Shown: in pieces, positions 40,556 to 55,614 of the stretch
Position numbering within the stretch: the first letter of the stretch is position 1
Layout: every line of letters begins with the position of its first letter
Assembly (NCBI GenBank): GCA_012295275.1
Contig: CM022670.1
Coordinates: 37,882,001 to 37,946,000, forward strand
DNA length: 64,000 nucleotides
Origin: Chrysomallon squamiferum
Taxonomy: Eukaryota; Animalia; Mollusca
Reading direction: 5' to 3'
Made by a program: the position numbers and the translations under genes
The notes under the pieces: generated by a model
What the model was told of the DNA's origin: nothing
Seen by the model: the letters and a program-made list of their open reading frames with translations, nothing else
Database searches by the model: none

Positions 40556-41051
40556 AAATAACATGATCGTTATTACACCTGTTGCTGTGTTTTTCCTATT
40601 ATTATTTCCAATCAAAACTGAGGAATTCTGCCGAGACTTTGATCCTGTATTCAAACACGTCTGAGTAGGTTTTGCTCTGCTGTGAAGTCATTCAGTGAAT
40701 ATTTACACTAATCTTGATCTTTCTCTAGTTGACCTCAGGTTCTTAGCCTTGTAGCTGTTATCCCAATTATTATAACAGGAATTATGCCGTAGTTTAAATA
40801 TCACACATGTAATTCTTTTCTAAACGTAAGTTTATTCATGATTTTTTTTTTATTCTTAAGTGTTCTGAATTTCGATCTCGATTGTTGTAATAATAATAGT
40901 AATAATCATAAATGTAGTTATTTTCTAAATATAACTTTATTCGTGAATTTATTTTCGTTCATAAGTATCTGAATTTCAGTCAGTTGTGTTCTAGTAATCT
41001 GATGTTGTGTTTATTAAAGTGGCATCAACATAATATTTATATCGCCTAAAA

Positions 41052-41082
<31 letters not shown>

Positions 41083-41751
41083 AATAATAATAACAATAAT
41101 AACAACAATAACAACAACAACAACAATAATAATAGTAATAATAATAATAATAATGATAATAATAATAATAATAATAATAGAAATAATAATAATAACAATA
41201 ATACACTACTTTTAGAGGAGTGTATTATGAAGTATTACGTCTATAATGATTATTAACAGTGTGAAGTATACTACTTTCCATTCCCCATTTCTGGCATTTG
41301 TTGTTGTTGGGTTTCTTTTTTCAGAAATGTAGATGACATTAGAGGTGAAGAGAAAAAAAAAAAAAAGTCATGTTGATTTTGTTCTTCTGTTTTCTGATCT
41401 TTTACACTAATACTTTAACACTGTCCACAGTTTTTCACAGATATCTGTTTTACTCTCATTATTTATTGACTTGTTCTTGGTTCCATTAAACTCCCAGCCG
41501 TTCACGTCTAAATTAGTTTTAACCAAAAAATGTGGCCGGGTAAATGTATAATTTATTTTTGTAATGATTCTGCAAACAACGGTAGACTTGACTCAAAAGG
41601 CTTAATGGGACTCTGGCTAATTAAGCATGAAGTACGTGATCACACGCGTAAAGTTCTTTAATTCATCTGATTCATTATTTATAAATTTATTTATTTTTGG
41701 TATATATTTTGAATTAGGAACAATATATGAAGTTATTAATACATACATACA

Positions 41752-41787
<36 letters not shown>

Positions 41788-41873
41788 TCTGTTTGTTAGA
41801 CACACTAATTTGAACCAAATAACTTTTCAGTTAGAAATGTCTATATTAAGTAACCTGTCGAAATGTGGTTGTT

Positions 41874-41904
<31 letters not shown>

Positions 41905-42198
41905 CATATATATAATATATACATATATAAGAAGAAAAATTTGAACCAGGACCTCAGAGTGAATGCGCATCCATTGACTATTTTCATTTCAGCAGTGCGG
42001 GTCTTAACTGTGTTTAATTGGATTCTGATGCGAGAAACCCACCAAGTTTCAATGACAGAGTCTGAAGCAGAATTTTTCAACGTGATGATGTTACCTGCTG
42101 AGTTTACAGAGAGTCAGTACAAACACTAACATTTCAGATGTGAAACCAGACAGATGTCGCAAGTCCAAAGTTCTGTGAACAAATACTAATACAAAGAA

Positions 42199-42823
42199 GA
42201 TAAAATGTTAATTATCTGACACTGACTGTAGTTTGACTAAAATGTAGTATTACTTAGCTGATGATAAAGTGTTAATTATATGACACTGACCTATAGTTTG
42301 ACTGAAATGAAGTAAGACTTAGTTGATGATAGAGTGTTAATTATCTGATACTGACTTATAGTTTGACTAAAATGTAGTATTACTTAGCTGATGATAAAGT
42401 GTTAATTATATGACACTGACCTGCAGTTTGACTGAAATGAAGTAAGACTTAGTTGATGATAGAGTGTTAATTATCTGATACTGACTTATAGTTTGGCTAA
42501 ACTGTAGTATTACTTAGCTGATGATAAAGTGTTAACTATATGACACTGAGCTGCAGTTTGACTAAAATGTGGTTTTACTTAGTTGATGATAAAGTCTTAA
42601 TTATATGACATTGACTTGTGGTTTGATGAATTATATATTCAGGTTATTATTATATAATTATATTTTGTTTTACTCTGATCCAAAAAATTACGATAAATTT
42701 TAACACAATCTAAAACGAGCGATAATTAAATTAAATTCCAAGAGGAAAATGACAAACCGCGGTCATAGCTGTGGGCAAAGATAGGAAAAAAATTAAGAAA
42801 GAAAAAGATAAAAAAAAAAAAAA

Positions 42824-42897
<74 letters not shown>
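42199..42897 (+). mobile_element. Interspersed element: 65-bp tandem core (~6.5 units), ~165-bp unique segment, A-rich/(GA)n tail; copy A
   Basis: The ttaa(t/c)tat core recurs at about 42207, 42271, 42336, 42401, 42466, 42531 and 42596. The unique segment 42626-42790 is the reverse complement of 51441-51605. The repeat is certain; classing it as a mobile element is inference. Confidence 0.7.
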
Positions 42898-42900
<3 letters not shown>

Positions 42901-43900
42901 AACCAAAAAGCGCGGGGGAGGGGAGAAAACAAAGAGAACTAAAAAGTCTGCTTTTATAGAACACTATGAATAAGGGAAAAAATAAAATAAAAAAAGAAGT
43001 ATAAATTATCCACGAAGAAAAGGAAACGAAACAGACATTGACAGACACAACGCACATCGGCCAGTACGAGACAGCATACACAAGTCAGGAGAGCTCGCCG
43101 CTTAATCATTCTGTTTCAATAAGTCAGCTTATCTTTATGACGAAGACTTGTCAAAGAAACACTTCACAAAAGAGCCCGACGTACGAGAATGGAACGAGTA
43201 TTAATCAAAATTTGTCGATGCATCCAAAGCAAGCTTTCTGTGTTAAGACTTCACTTCGTTGAATGCGAGCAGAAATTGGGTAAACTGTCCAGAAGAACGG
43301 AGCAGTTTTCCCAGACACTTTTTTTAACTTACATTCTGCGGAATGATTCTATTATGCTAAGTGATATAAATGACAAATATGTTCCATAAACTTTAGCCGG
43401 CGCTCCTGAAATAACCTCTAATACGACGCGCAACAAAAGAACGTTTTGCGAGAACTGTCGATCAGATGTTAACGGAACGAAACCCCCGGGTTTTTGTCAG
43501 GAGACCGATTCCCAGCATCTTAAGTAATTTTTCGGTTTTGTCAGCGAGAGGTTTATTTCATCATCAAGCGTTTGGATCCGAGCAGTGGGGTTGAATGTGA
43601 CATTGATTTTTGTGTCATATTTTCGCGTTGACGGCTGATTTTGAAAAGAAGAGGAGATTGCGCTGTTGAAGTGTTTGTGACGGATACCCGATTGATTGAT
43701 TGATTGATTGATACGTCTTGACTGCCGCCTGTAAAACGTTTACACATATTTTCGCATCAGTTTTTAATTTATCATTTTATTCTAAAGATAACTTAATATC
43801 TCAGTATTTCACAGTTCAGTCGTTTCCTTGGTCAAACTCAAATTTGCTTCAGTGGACCGACCGTGCAAGTCCCATTCTATACAGCCACCTAGTCTACTTC

Positions 43901-44217
43901 AACAACAACAGCAACAACAACAGCTACTGCTACTATAACTACTATTACCACTACTCTACAAGTCTACGACTAATACTAATTCTACTACAACTACTACTGT
44001 TTTAGTCAAACTACAGTCAGTGTCATATAATTAACACTTTACCATCAACAGTAATATTACAACAACAACAGCTACTGCTACTGTAACTACTATTACTGTA
44101 ATAGTACTAGTAGTAGTCTTCTACCACTACTCTACAGGTCTACGACTAATACTAATTCTACTACAACTACTACTATTTTAGTCAAACTACAATCAGTGTC
44201 ATATAATTAACACTTTT
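43901..44217. repeat. Local tandem duplication (~160-175 bp), each half ending in a partial reversed 65-bp core unit
   Basis: cagctactgctact..accactactctaca.gtctacgactaatactaattctactacaactactact.ttttagtcaaactaca.tcagtgtcatataattaacacttt occurs twice. Confidence 0.85.
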
Positions 44218-44743
44218 ACTACAATAACTACTGCTTCTGTTAATACTGCTATTAAACACCTCGTACTACTTCCACAACCACACTATTATACATGCAACTA
44301 CAACAACAATTGCTAATTCTTCCTCCGCCATCACCACTTCTACTGTGACTACAAAGACGTCTTGATAAATTCAGTTTACACATCTTATGTTAACATATTT
44401 CATTAAAGACGTTAGTCGTTGACTTCATTTTAGTGAAGATCAACATGTTTTTTATGTAAAATACTTGACTTATATTCTGACATCTTGCAGAGTGTAACTA
44501 TTTCGAAAGAGAACCAAGCAAATCCTTTTAACACAGGAACTGGAGATACCCGATTTCGTTGTACGTTATAAAGAATATATTCTTAAGTGACGTGTGAAAA
44601 CAAAAAATGAAAATAAAACATCGTCCTTAAACTGAAAATAGTTTTCTCAGAGACACGAAAGATAAAATAACAAGAAAGATTGGGTCAGTCGATTAAGAGA
44701 TCTTAACGATAAATTAGGAAAAAAAAAATAATAATGACAAAAT

Positions 44744-44826
<83 letters not shown>

Positions 44827-45096
44827 TGAAATGAAATAAAAGGAATGAATGACTAACTGAAGAAAGAAATACAAAAATTATTATTCATGATGACCGTGTT
44901 GGCAGTAATTTTACTGTTGCTTTATAACGATAAGAGATTACATTTATTAAATATAATAACAGCATCACTATCTTTTAGTAACTAACCAAGAAATTATTAG
45001 AGCCGTTTTTGTTTTCTTTCTTTTTCTTTTTTCCTTATTTTCTTTTATTTTTATTTATTTATTTATTTATTTATTTAGATTTTGATTTTGATTGAT

Positions 45097-45184
<88 letters not shown>

Positions 45185-48100
45185 ACTTGTTGTTGTTGTT
45201 GTAAATGTTCATGACAACGATTCCTGCGAGAAATGTGTATTTGGTTTACAAAGCCATTATAAAGATGGGAATGTAAAAAAGTAATATCACGTATTAGAAA
45301 AATTTATAATATGGATATGAAATTATATTATTCTTTCTTTTTTTCTCTCTTTTTTTTTTTTTTACGTCTTTGATTTTTTCTCTTTCCAGTATTACATAAT
45401 TATATTTGTCTGTCTTTTTGTCTCTAGCCAACCATTTGTCTGTCTGTCTATATATATATATATATATATAATCTGACTGTCTCTCTGTATAATGTATCTA
45501 TCTATCTGCCTGTCTGTCTATTTGTCTATCTACTGTACCTCTGAGTTACTTAACTCGTTCATACACAGAGACATACACAAATCACGCAGACACCAACGTT
45601 CTGAAAACAGATGTAAATATATGCTTTATTTGTTTTCCTATAAAACGCAACCGACACTTCTTCTAAATCATTTCCCTTCAGACGGAGATAATAACACTCA
45701 AATCAAGTCCCTTTCACCATAATTTTAGCTTAAAAACCTGCAGTTTGAAACGGCGAAATGAGAGCTGATCCGCCAGGAGACAGTTCAACTACCACCATGC
45801 ACCCACCCATTCGCCCCGATAAATCGACAGTTAAACGTAACTGGAAAAATGTATTGAGAAAAAGAAAAAAAAAAACACCCCAAAACAAAGCAGACGAAAA
45901 CTGAGGAGAAAGTTCTGTGTAAAATCATTATTGAGAAACTGATAGCAATAAAGCCGGAATGATGTAGCGCAAGCGATTAGCCTGCCGGGGAATTATCGGA
46001 TCAATCTATTTCTCACGCGCTACGGGCAGCGAAGTTCTTCAAAATTCGAAGATGCGTTTGACGTACGATCAGCGAGGCTCTGGTATTCCCAACGCTATTA
46101 ACTCGAGCGCGACTCTGCCAAGACGACGAAATTAGCTGAGAGATACATTACACCGATTTGCTGCGTCCAACGAAGAAACGCTTCTTTGTATTCCGCGAAA
46201 TTAGAATTCGAACGGTAACAGAATCTGGTTTGATGTAATCGATGAATGACAGCTTACACCGCAGACTGAATCAACTGTTTTATTATCTAATTCTGTGTGA
46301 CGCTGAATTGACTTGATCTCTTTTTTTATTTATTTTATTTTTTTTTTTTTATTTATATATATATATTTTTTTTTCTTCTATTTAATTAACAGTTGAAGAA
46401 CCTTGTGACTGAAACAGGTGACGAAAATAATGTGTTGGTTTGTATCAGTCATTGCCAGAGTTGTTCTTGGTGTTGCTGGGTATTGGTACCGATACTGGCC
46501 TTTCTTCTACAGATAGTTAATTCCTTTAACAACTGAACTAGCCAGTCCGTTAATACTAACACAGTAATGGGAAAAGACAATCCATATTTTTTTTTATTAA
46601 GACATGAAGACTGACTAATTTTAAAAAATAGCGAGTGTTTGCACATTTCGAAATAGCTGATTGTATATATTATTTATTCATTCGTTCATTCATTCATATA
46701 TTTGTTTTATTATTTATCTATTTATTCATCTATTCATTCATTCATTTGGGTACGGAAGGTCTTGAAATGTTTCTCCATGTATTGTAACGTACTCTGTTAT
46801 ATAACACAGAAGTGAGAAACACGTTTGTTGTTTGGTAGGCTCTGATTGGTATTTACCCAGATAGGTTCTGGTGCGACTCTTTGAGGACGTAACTACTACA
46901 TAACAATAACGTGTGTTCATTATCACACAGAGGCTGGGTTTACCATGAGATGGCAGACATCAAACTGTGCAATGAACCGATCCTGGATCCAGTTTCATCT
47001 AATTCGTATTGTTTTCAGAAGTTCCTAAAAATACTTTCAACAATGCATTCGATAAGTATATAAAAAAAATAATAATAATAAAAAAAAAATAAAAAATAAA
47101 AAAAAAAAAAAAATCTTCAAAAGTAATGGTGATTTGAAATGGAAACTTCGATTCAGTTTTCTGCTGAATATTTATTTTATTTTAATTTTTTTTTTTTTTT
47201 GCTGATGTTAATGAAAATATTACTGCAGCTGAGAGCGATCGAGTTAAAAGCTATCAGATTTCCAAAGACTTTGAAGACAAAAGAGTTTGCGGTCACTGGA
47301 CTCTGTGCTTTGTTATCTAAACTGTTTCTGGTTACAAATTAATGCAGAAATGTTTTGTTTGGATGGTGATAATAAGAACTATTTCAGATGAATGCCAGTA
47401 TATACTATCTTTATGAAAGTATCAAAGTTGAGTTAAAAAAAAAAAAAAAAAAAAAAAAAACGATGTTTAAGACTATAGAAAAGAGTAGTTAAACAATTAA
47501 TTCTTTTACTATAAATTTAAATTCAAAACCAGAGACAAGTGAAGAAATAATTAGAGATGGACAAACAGAGATGTGGGCGGTGGATGAATGGCTGGATGGA
47601 AAGATGGATGGATGGATGGAAAGATGGATGAATGAATGGATGGATAACTGGCGGTGAAATAGAGATAAAAAAAAAAAAAAAAAAAAAGAAACATTCATTT
47701 CTGAACACGAAACACAGTGCATTTATAAAGCGTGAGTGAACTACAAATACGAAAACAGAAGCGATTACTTGTTACAGTTTTAGCTGTGTTGAACTAAATT
47801 ATCTCTGTAATCAGTTATTGTCTGTAAAAAAACCACAGCCGATGACAGACAGAAATGATGAAATAATGTCCAGTTCGTTAGGGCCAAACACATTGCGTGT
47901 AAATTACGTCATACACGCCGATTATCTTTCGGAGAAACGATAATAAATCTGGCTGTTCCGTGAAAACTTGTCTTTTTTTTTTTTTTTAAATTAACAATTA
48001 TAGTTAAAAAAAAAAAAAAAAAAAAAAAATAAGAATAAGAAAGGAAAATTATCAATAGGACAAACTGTTGGATATAATTTTAAAGCAACATATATTTTTA

Positions 48101-48407
48101 CAACAGATTGGTACGATAAGCTTGAAAATTACAAGAGCAAGTAAGTACTGCAGACTGTTAAACAAATAAACAGGCTGATGATTTCACTGTTTTATTACTG
48201 TTATTCTAATTAGCACGTCTGTCGTGAGCAGGGTTCTGATCCGTTGTGAGGATTGTGACAACACACTTACCCTGCGTACACCCTACAGCATAATATTTAA
48301 AACTTTTGTATACCTGGTTCTCCAGCTGCCTTCTATCCGCCATTTAGACTCAACGAACTGAAACTGTTTTTATCAGTAACTACTTTTAAATATCGTGTTC
48401 TCTCGTC

Positions 48408-48469
<62 letters not shown>

Positions 48470-48658
48470 TATATAAAATACTATAGATTCGTTTGAATTC
48501 TTAATCACCAATTTCTTTCTTGCGAGTCAAAGACTTCGAATATTATTCAAGCTTAAATTTTTATTTAAATCTCGCCATTTACGCGTCCTTTTCAAAACTG
48601 ACATGATACTGCAACAAACAAATGAATCAATATTTCAGTGTCCATTTATTTCCCATAC

Positions 48659-48952
48659 TGCACTTAATTTCACAAGAGTCTTACACAGAGAGCAAGAATT
48701 CATTTTTTTTTTTTTTTTTCTCATGAGGTAAGTTGTTATCCACCATCTTTGTTGTTGACGAAATGTCAGTGCACGATACCAACAACTAATTTATTTACAA
48801 AAACATTATTGTTTCGCGAGCAGATGTTTTCATCTGACACGTGTCTGGTCAAATAAACAGAGAAAACGCATTAACCGAACGCAAAGAACGACTGGCACGT
48901 GCTTGAAACAATACTGTGTTTAGACAAACTGATGAAATGTGGGTTTGATGAG
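48659..48952 (+). repeat. Dispersed ~290-bp repeat, copy B (inverted copy at 57934-58216)
   Basis: gaggtaagttgttatccaccatctttg...aatactgtgtttagacaaactgatg is the near-exact reverse complement of 57950-58159. Confidence 0.92.
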
Positions 48953-49826
48953 GTACAATAAACTATCTGGCACTAATTTTAGATACAGTATTGTCTTTAG
49001 ATTTAGTATATCCACTTTTTTTATGTTCATAAAGGTATCTTTTTTGTATGTTTTTTTTTTTTTGTAACGTTTTCTGTAACTGCGCTAACAACGTAAACTG
49101 AAAACAGTGAAATAAATTTTGAAATAATCCAATGCATAACCCGAAACAGTACTGATTAATACAATATTACTTACTATTAATGACACACTGATGAATATTC
49201 AAACTAATTTAATGAGTTAGCTTACAGGTAATATTTAAACTTGTCAACATTTTTATATTATGCTCAGCTCATAAATTAAAACACGTACGAAATAGATAAA
49301 GAAAGAATTATATACGCAATCTGTTAAATACGGTAGCATCGAAAATAAAACCCACTTAAACAAATGCATTCTTCGTGTAGAAAAAGAACAGAAAACTAAT
49401 TCACGTTTACGTCCATTTTTCTCAAACGTGTGCGAGATCTTTAGCATCACACTTTGGCTCTTCGCCTCTCAATCTGGACATAGACAAGATAATCGTTTCG
49501 AGTTGTTTTGAAGTTAGACAGTCAACACGTTAATGATTCGCCAGATGTCACCCGAAGAGTGAAGACGGCAGCAATTTAATGAAGATCAAAAGCAGAAATA
49601 TGCACATCGCCATGTCTAATGCTTTTTACCTGACCAGAAATAGCCTGAGTCGCTCTCGAACAATTAACGCATTAAGGAGGCAGTCTAATGTCAGCAATCT
49701 AATATAATCTAACATGTCTGGTGCTGATAAAAATAACCAACAACCAACCAAACAAACAAGAGAAAACTGCAACCAGATTGTACGCTGTGTTGTTAGCTTC
49801 ACGACTGCAGATATTCACATATATAT

Positions 49827-49865
<39 letters not shown>

Positions 49866-49932
49866 CATATATATATATACATATATATACATATAAATAC
49901 ATATAAAGAACATACATGTAACGTCGTCCGAC

Positions 49933-50107
49933 TTCGGAGTGCGGGCGAATGGGTGTCATACGTTCGAGTCTCGTCAGCGGCATCTGACGGGGTTTGTCAG
50001 GTCGTGATTGAACTTTGTCCTCCTGCGCCAGTGCGTTCCCGAAATATAATCGATGTGCAGAGTCTATCCAGACTTACATACGACAGAGAATATTCAAAAT
50101 CCTAAAC
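49933..50107. mobile_element. Solo arm of the MITE family at 20293-20628
   Basis: gggcgaatgggtgtcatacgttcgagtctcgtcagcggcatctgac...gagaatattcaaaatcctaaac matches the arm at 20463-20626 and is flanked by TA/CA microsatellite. Confidence 0.88.
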
Positions 50108-51298
50108 CACACACACACACACACACACACACATACATTTATACACTTGATGTGAACTAAACAACACACATATATACATTTCATCATTAACTGCTACAAA
50201 CAAAATTTGGGACATCAACTCTAACAACAAAAAAAAAAAAAAAACCATCATCTCTAACAGAGATCAGAGAGTTTGAAGAACCGACCTCAGCATTTCCTGT
50301 AAAAAGATTTAGAAGAGTCAAACAAACATCGCTTTCCTTTCTCGTTACTAATTCATTACCAGCGGAGAGGTGAACGCCGACAGAGACCGGACGAATGTGA
50401 CCCTCGCAAGCAGACGACAGCTCTAAGTAATCAGTGTACAGCCGCTAATCCCGATGCGTGATTATCGAGAAATGAATAAATCTTACAGCGAGGTTCCTCT
50501 GTTCCTGTCTTTTGTAGCTCGGCCGTTTTATCTCGGACTAATGTATTGCCTGCTCGCTTTCATTAAAACACAGCGATATCTGTGCATGTTACAGGTCTGT
50601 TCAGGATTTCAATGAAAAAAAAACACCCAACAACATATAATAATAAATAATAATAATAATAATCCAGAAATGTCATCACTTTAGTCTGACAGATCTTTTG
50701 TTCTTCTTCTTGTTGTTGTTTCCTTTAGACTGTTTTTTTTTTTTTTTTTTGAGGTAACCTCTTTACGTGCACGGTTAGCTTTCTATGGTGTTTTGTTCGA
50801 TGAATAGATGAAAAGCAATCATGCTGTGAAAATGCAATTTTTTTTTCAGGACAATAGAGCTACTAAGGTGAAATAGTTTTGCAGCCATCATCAACGTAAT
50901 GACGTCATCAGCGGTTTGTGTGAAAGGTGGATATAATAATAGAAATGGAGATACGGTGTTTGTAGTACAGTTGTAAAGTACTAGTACTACTTCTACTATT
51001 AGACGAACTAGTAGTAGTAATTGTAGTGTAGTACTCATAGAATTAGTAATAGAAACTGAAGTAGTAAAAGTAGTAGTAACAGAATTGCTGTAGTAACACC
51101 AGATTTAGTAGTAGTATTAAAAGTAATAGTAGTAAATTAATAGTAGTAATAGTAGTAGTAGTAGTAGTAGTAGTAGTAGCAGCAGCAGCAGCAGCATGAG
51201 GATAAGACCAATACATTAATTTCTCCCTCAAGAAATATATAGGATATATTTGTAATTATTACAAAAACATTGCTTTTTTTGATATTCCTTTTGGAAAT

Positions 51299-51888
51299 CT
51301 CTCTCTCTCTATAATTATATATTCTCTTTTCTCTCTCTCTCTCCATCTCCATCTCTCTCTCTCTCTCTCACTCTTCAATTTTTCTCTTTTCTTATTCTTT
51401 TTTTCACTTTTCACTTTTTTTTATTTTTTATTTTTTTTATTCTCGTATCTTGCCCACAGCTATGGCCGCTGTTTGTCATTTTCCTCTGTGGAATTTAATT
51501 TAATTATCGCTCGTTTTAGATTGTGTTAAGATTTATCGTAATTTTCAGGAACAGAGTAAAACAAAATATAATTATATAATAATAAACTAAATATGTGATT
51601 CATCAGCTTAGTAATATTATATTTTAGTCAAACTACAGGTCAATGACACATAGTTAACACTTTATCATCAACTAAGTCATACTATATTTTAGTCAAACTA
51701 CAGTCAGTGTCATATAATTAACACTTTATCATCAACTAAGTCATACTACATTTTAGTCAAACTGCAGGTTAATGTCATATAATTAACACTTTATCATCAA
51801 CTAAGTCATACTACATTTTAGTCAAACTGCAGGTCAGTGTCATATAATTAACACTTTATCATTAACTAAGTAATACTACATTTTAGTC
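51299..51888 (-). mobile_element. Inverted copy (A') of the 65-bp-core element
   Basis: (CT)n/T-rich tail, unique segment 51441-51605, then ttttagtc recurring every ~65 bp from 51622 to 51881. Confidence 0.7.
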
Positions 51889-51939
51889 TCTCTCTCTCTC
51901 TCTCTCTCTGTCTATGTATGTATGTATATATGTGTGTGT

Positions 51940-52055
<116 letters not shown>

Positions 52056-53513
52056 GAGAGCATATGGTTTGTTTTGTTTTGTTTTGTTTTGTTATTCCTA
52101 CTTTTTGTTTTCAGGATGGGAGTTAGAATGTCCAGCTTTAAGTCACGCGTGCTGAGTATGTAAGATGTGGAATCTCAAGAACTTTGTATCAGTCAGCTTG
52201 GATTATATCGTTTTACATGAACAACTGCCGAAGTATAAACTTGGCAGTGCACAGACCTGTATACACTCACGGGAAACAATATATACCATAGCATCTAAAA
52301 ATAATCTACATTATGTTTTGATTAATGTAAATTTTTTCGCTGTTAACTAGCCGAGACACGTGTAGTTCTGTTATTAGAATAAAGCTCTGCGATGATAATT
52401 TATCTGACATTTTGTTAGTCAGCATTTCTTAACTACTGATGAGTGAAAAACTATATTTTCTATTATTTAATATTAAACTATAATCTTTAACAATGTTAAA
52501 TTATATTAGCTCTGATATTTAATTATATTGAAATATTGTAACTAAAATTGTACATTAGTATTTGTATCATTATTTCTGTAAACCCCACTGCATTCTAATA
52601 TTACCTTTTAACTATGTTTTATGTACAAATATTATGCATTGGATATAACAGATGAGACAAAATGTGTTTAGAAATGCTAAGCTTTCCCATGATACAAAAT
52701 AAAAGTATAAAACTCCTCAAAAATAAAACTAGGAACATGCATCATTCAAGCACGCACACACACTCACGTTTAAATATTAGAATCACTTCGTACAAATTTG
52801 TACATTAAACTGCATATAAAGGGATATGAAGGAGAAATTGAAAATAAAATTCTAATGCAAAGAAACACGTATTCCATTAAATATTGTCGATTCCAAATGA
52901 TTTGACTCCAAGAGTAATAATAATTCATCAAAAATAAAAAAATAAAATAAAAAAATAAATCGTGATTTCTAAATACATTATGTTACGACTTAGATTAATA
53001 CGCAACGAAATATAATATAATGATGTGCTGCTTTTCAAGTTCATTAGTGTTCACCTTTATTCACAAACGCACACACACACACACACGCACACACACACAA
53101 AACAAACACATACGATCACCTGCACATGCCCTACCACGTATCATCATGCACATTTATTTTCGAAGTTCATGTTCAGAAGCGAACACGACTTCAAACTAAC
53201 GAGTTCCGTCAAACTTTCGCCAGTCCAATTTCCGAACACCAGAGAAAACGAATTTATCTGCGGTCGAAGCTAACGTTAGGACAACTGTCAGTGAATCAAA
53301 CCTTGCCAATGATCTTCGAGTCTGGAGCGACAGAAGACTATCGACATAGCCCTGCCTGCCAGCGTTTTCTCCTGCAAGCCAGCTCTCGAGTGAAGTCAAC
53401 GAATCTTTGATTGTTTGTCCACGCAAAACATGGCTCTCGGGTTAAATTAAAAGACAAGATATTGCACACTAAGTCTTGAATGTGTGTCTATGAGTGCTTG
53501 GGTGTGTGTTTGT

Positions 53514-53552
<39 letters not shown>

Positions 53553-54762
53553 AAAAATGTATTTATATTTACAAACAGAACAGGTTTTGGGTTTACGACA
53601 AATATTCTCTTTGTAATTTAAAAAAATAATAATTTTGTTTGGTGCAGATCACTTTTATTAAATCCAATAAATTTCAGTGATGAATTTTGAGATCGGAATT
53701 TCAAATATCATTTCATGGAAATAACGTTTGTCATTTTGAAAATAGTTTAATCAAAATTATTAAGGCAGTTTATTTTCTCTTTCATGTTATGTGAACATAA
53801 TAGGATTTTGATTATAAGAAAATTAAAAAAAAATAATAATAAATGTATTGTTTCTTTAAAGTAAAGCATTCTATTTAGGTTATTGAAAAAAAAAAAAATT
53901 GTACGATTTATTTTTTATTTCGAAGATTTTTTTAATTTTCATTAAAAAAAAAAAAACTAAACATTAATTTAATATTAATGGTCGTTCGGTAATTTTTCAC
54001 TGGGCTAGTAAAATCCTATCTTGTTGTTTATCAAGGACAAAAGGCGCTGAATGCAGTATTTAAAAACGTTGACGATACCAAGTCATTTCTTCCACATAAA
54101 AACAACCTTCGGTCCTTCTGCGATATGAAAACCAATTCATAATCATTAGCTGGGGGAGATACTCTCTCTGTGTGTGTGTGTGTATCTGCGTCCATCTATA
54201 ACTGTGTATTGATATATGCTTTAATACTAAGCTCGTGGATAATTACAAATAATGCATATATAATTACGATAAGTAACAACAGACATGCAGAAACGCTGCA
54301 GTCAGGATTAAGAACTTGAATACGAAGCAGAGAGAATAAATAAATCGATAGACGTCAGAAAGATGACAACTAAGAAATGAAAGCGATTACAAGTGCCGCA
54401 GTTCTACGTCGTCGCATGCAGAGTGTCAGAGCCACTGCACGGTCTCACAATGGTCGTCATACCTCTTCCGGAAACACGGCCATCTGGTCCGGAGCACGTC
54501 TGCTGGGGTCGAGTGTGTTTTGTGAATAGAGAAAAATGGCGACGAAAGCTGCAGGTGGCGTTTAATTTTTATTTTTGTCCAGCTAATTGCTTGACCGCAC
54601 ATTTCCAATGGCGTCGACAAATTGGAAATTTGGTCCTGTGTGTGTGTGTGTGTATCAGTTGAGAGTATCATGTTCGTAAAGATGATGCGGTTATGGCATT
54701 TTTTTTTTCCTTTCACCAGTGGGCAAGGCGGTAAATGATCATCAGTTTGTCAGAATTGTTAA

Positions 54763-54877
<115 letters not shown>

Positions 54878-55614
54878 ATTAATATTAGTAATGGATGATG
54901 ATATATCAATAGCAGATTTCTTTCTTCTTCAGTTCATTTAGAAATAATAGATTATTATTTTTTTTTTAAAGTCTGTTTACGTGGCGATTCATTTAGAGTA
55001 GTTTTATTTATACTGGATATCAAATAATTAGTAGACATAGATTTGAAATATGAAAGAATAAAAAATACGAATCTCTTGTTTTACGATGAATTTTGTGGAA
55101 GACTGTCAAAATCACAGACTTCAGAAGAATCATCAGAATACTTATGTGTACCAACTGAGAAGAAATAATGAGATGAATGCCATCAATAACGATTTCTTTT
55201 CTTGTTTTTCTTTCTTAATCAAGGCAGATTTTACATATATATTTAAACAGTTCAAACAACAAACCTACAAATCTAAAAACAACACGCAGACAAGAAATAA
55301 ATTCAAAGCGTTAATAATTACAGGGCAAAAGCACAGATAAGTTGATGTTCATCAATATATACAAAGCTGAGGATAAGTATATTTTTGGAAAATTTACGTG
55401 TTCTTGGGTTAAGGCAATAACAGAAAATTTCGTTATGGTTTTGTCGATACCTTTCAGGGTAATGTTGGCCTGAAATAACATAGCCTATATTAACTGAACA
55501 GTCGATGGGAAAGAATTGGAAACGCATAATCAAGGAATTATTACTTTTGGGACGAGAGGGGACAAAATAAAACTGACAAAAGACTGGTCTGTGGAATTCT
55601 GCTTGGAACTGAAA

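Noticed and set aside
41841-42080. ORF containing SVIETWW, similar to the ECL1 motif DVTETW
   Set aside because: No hydrophobic TM2 before it and no G...CK...YLQ or splice donor after it.
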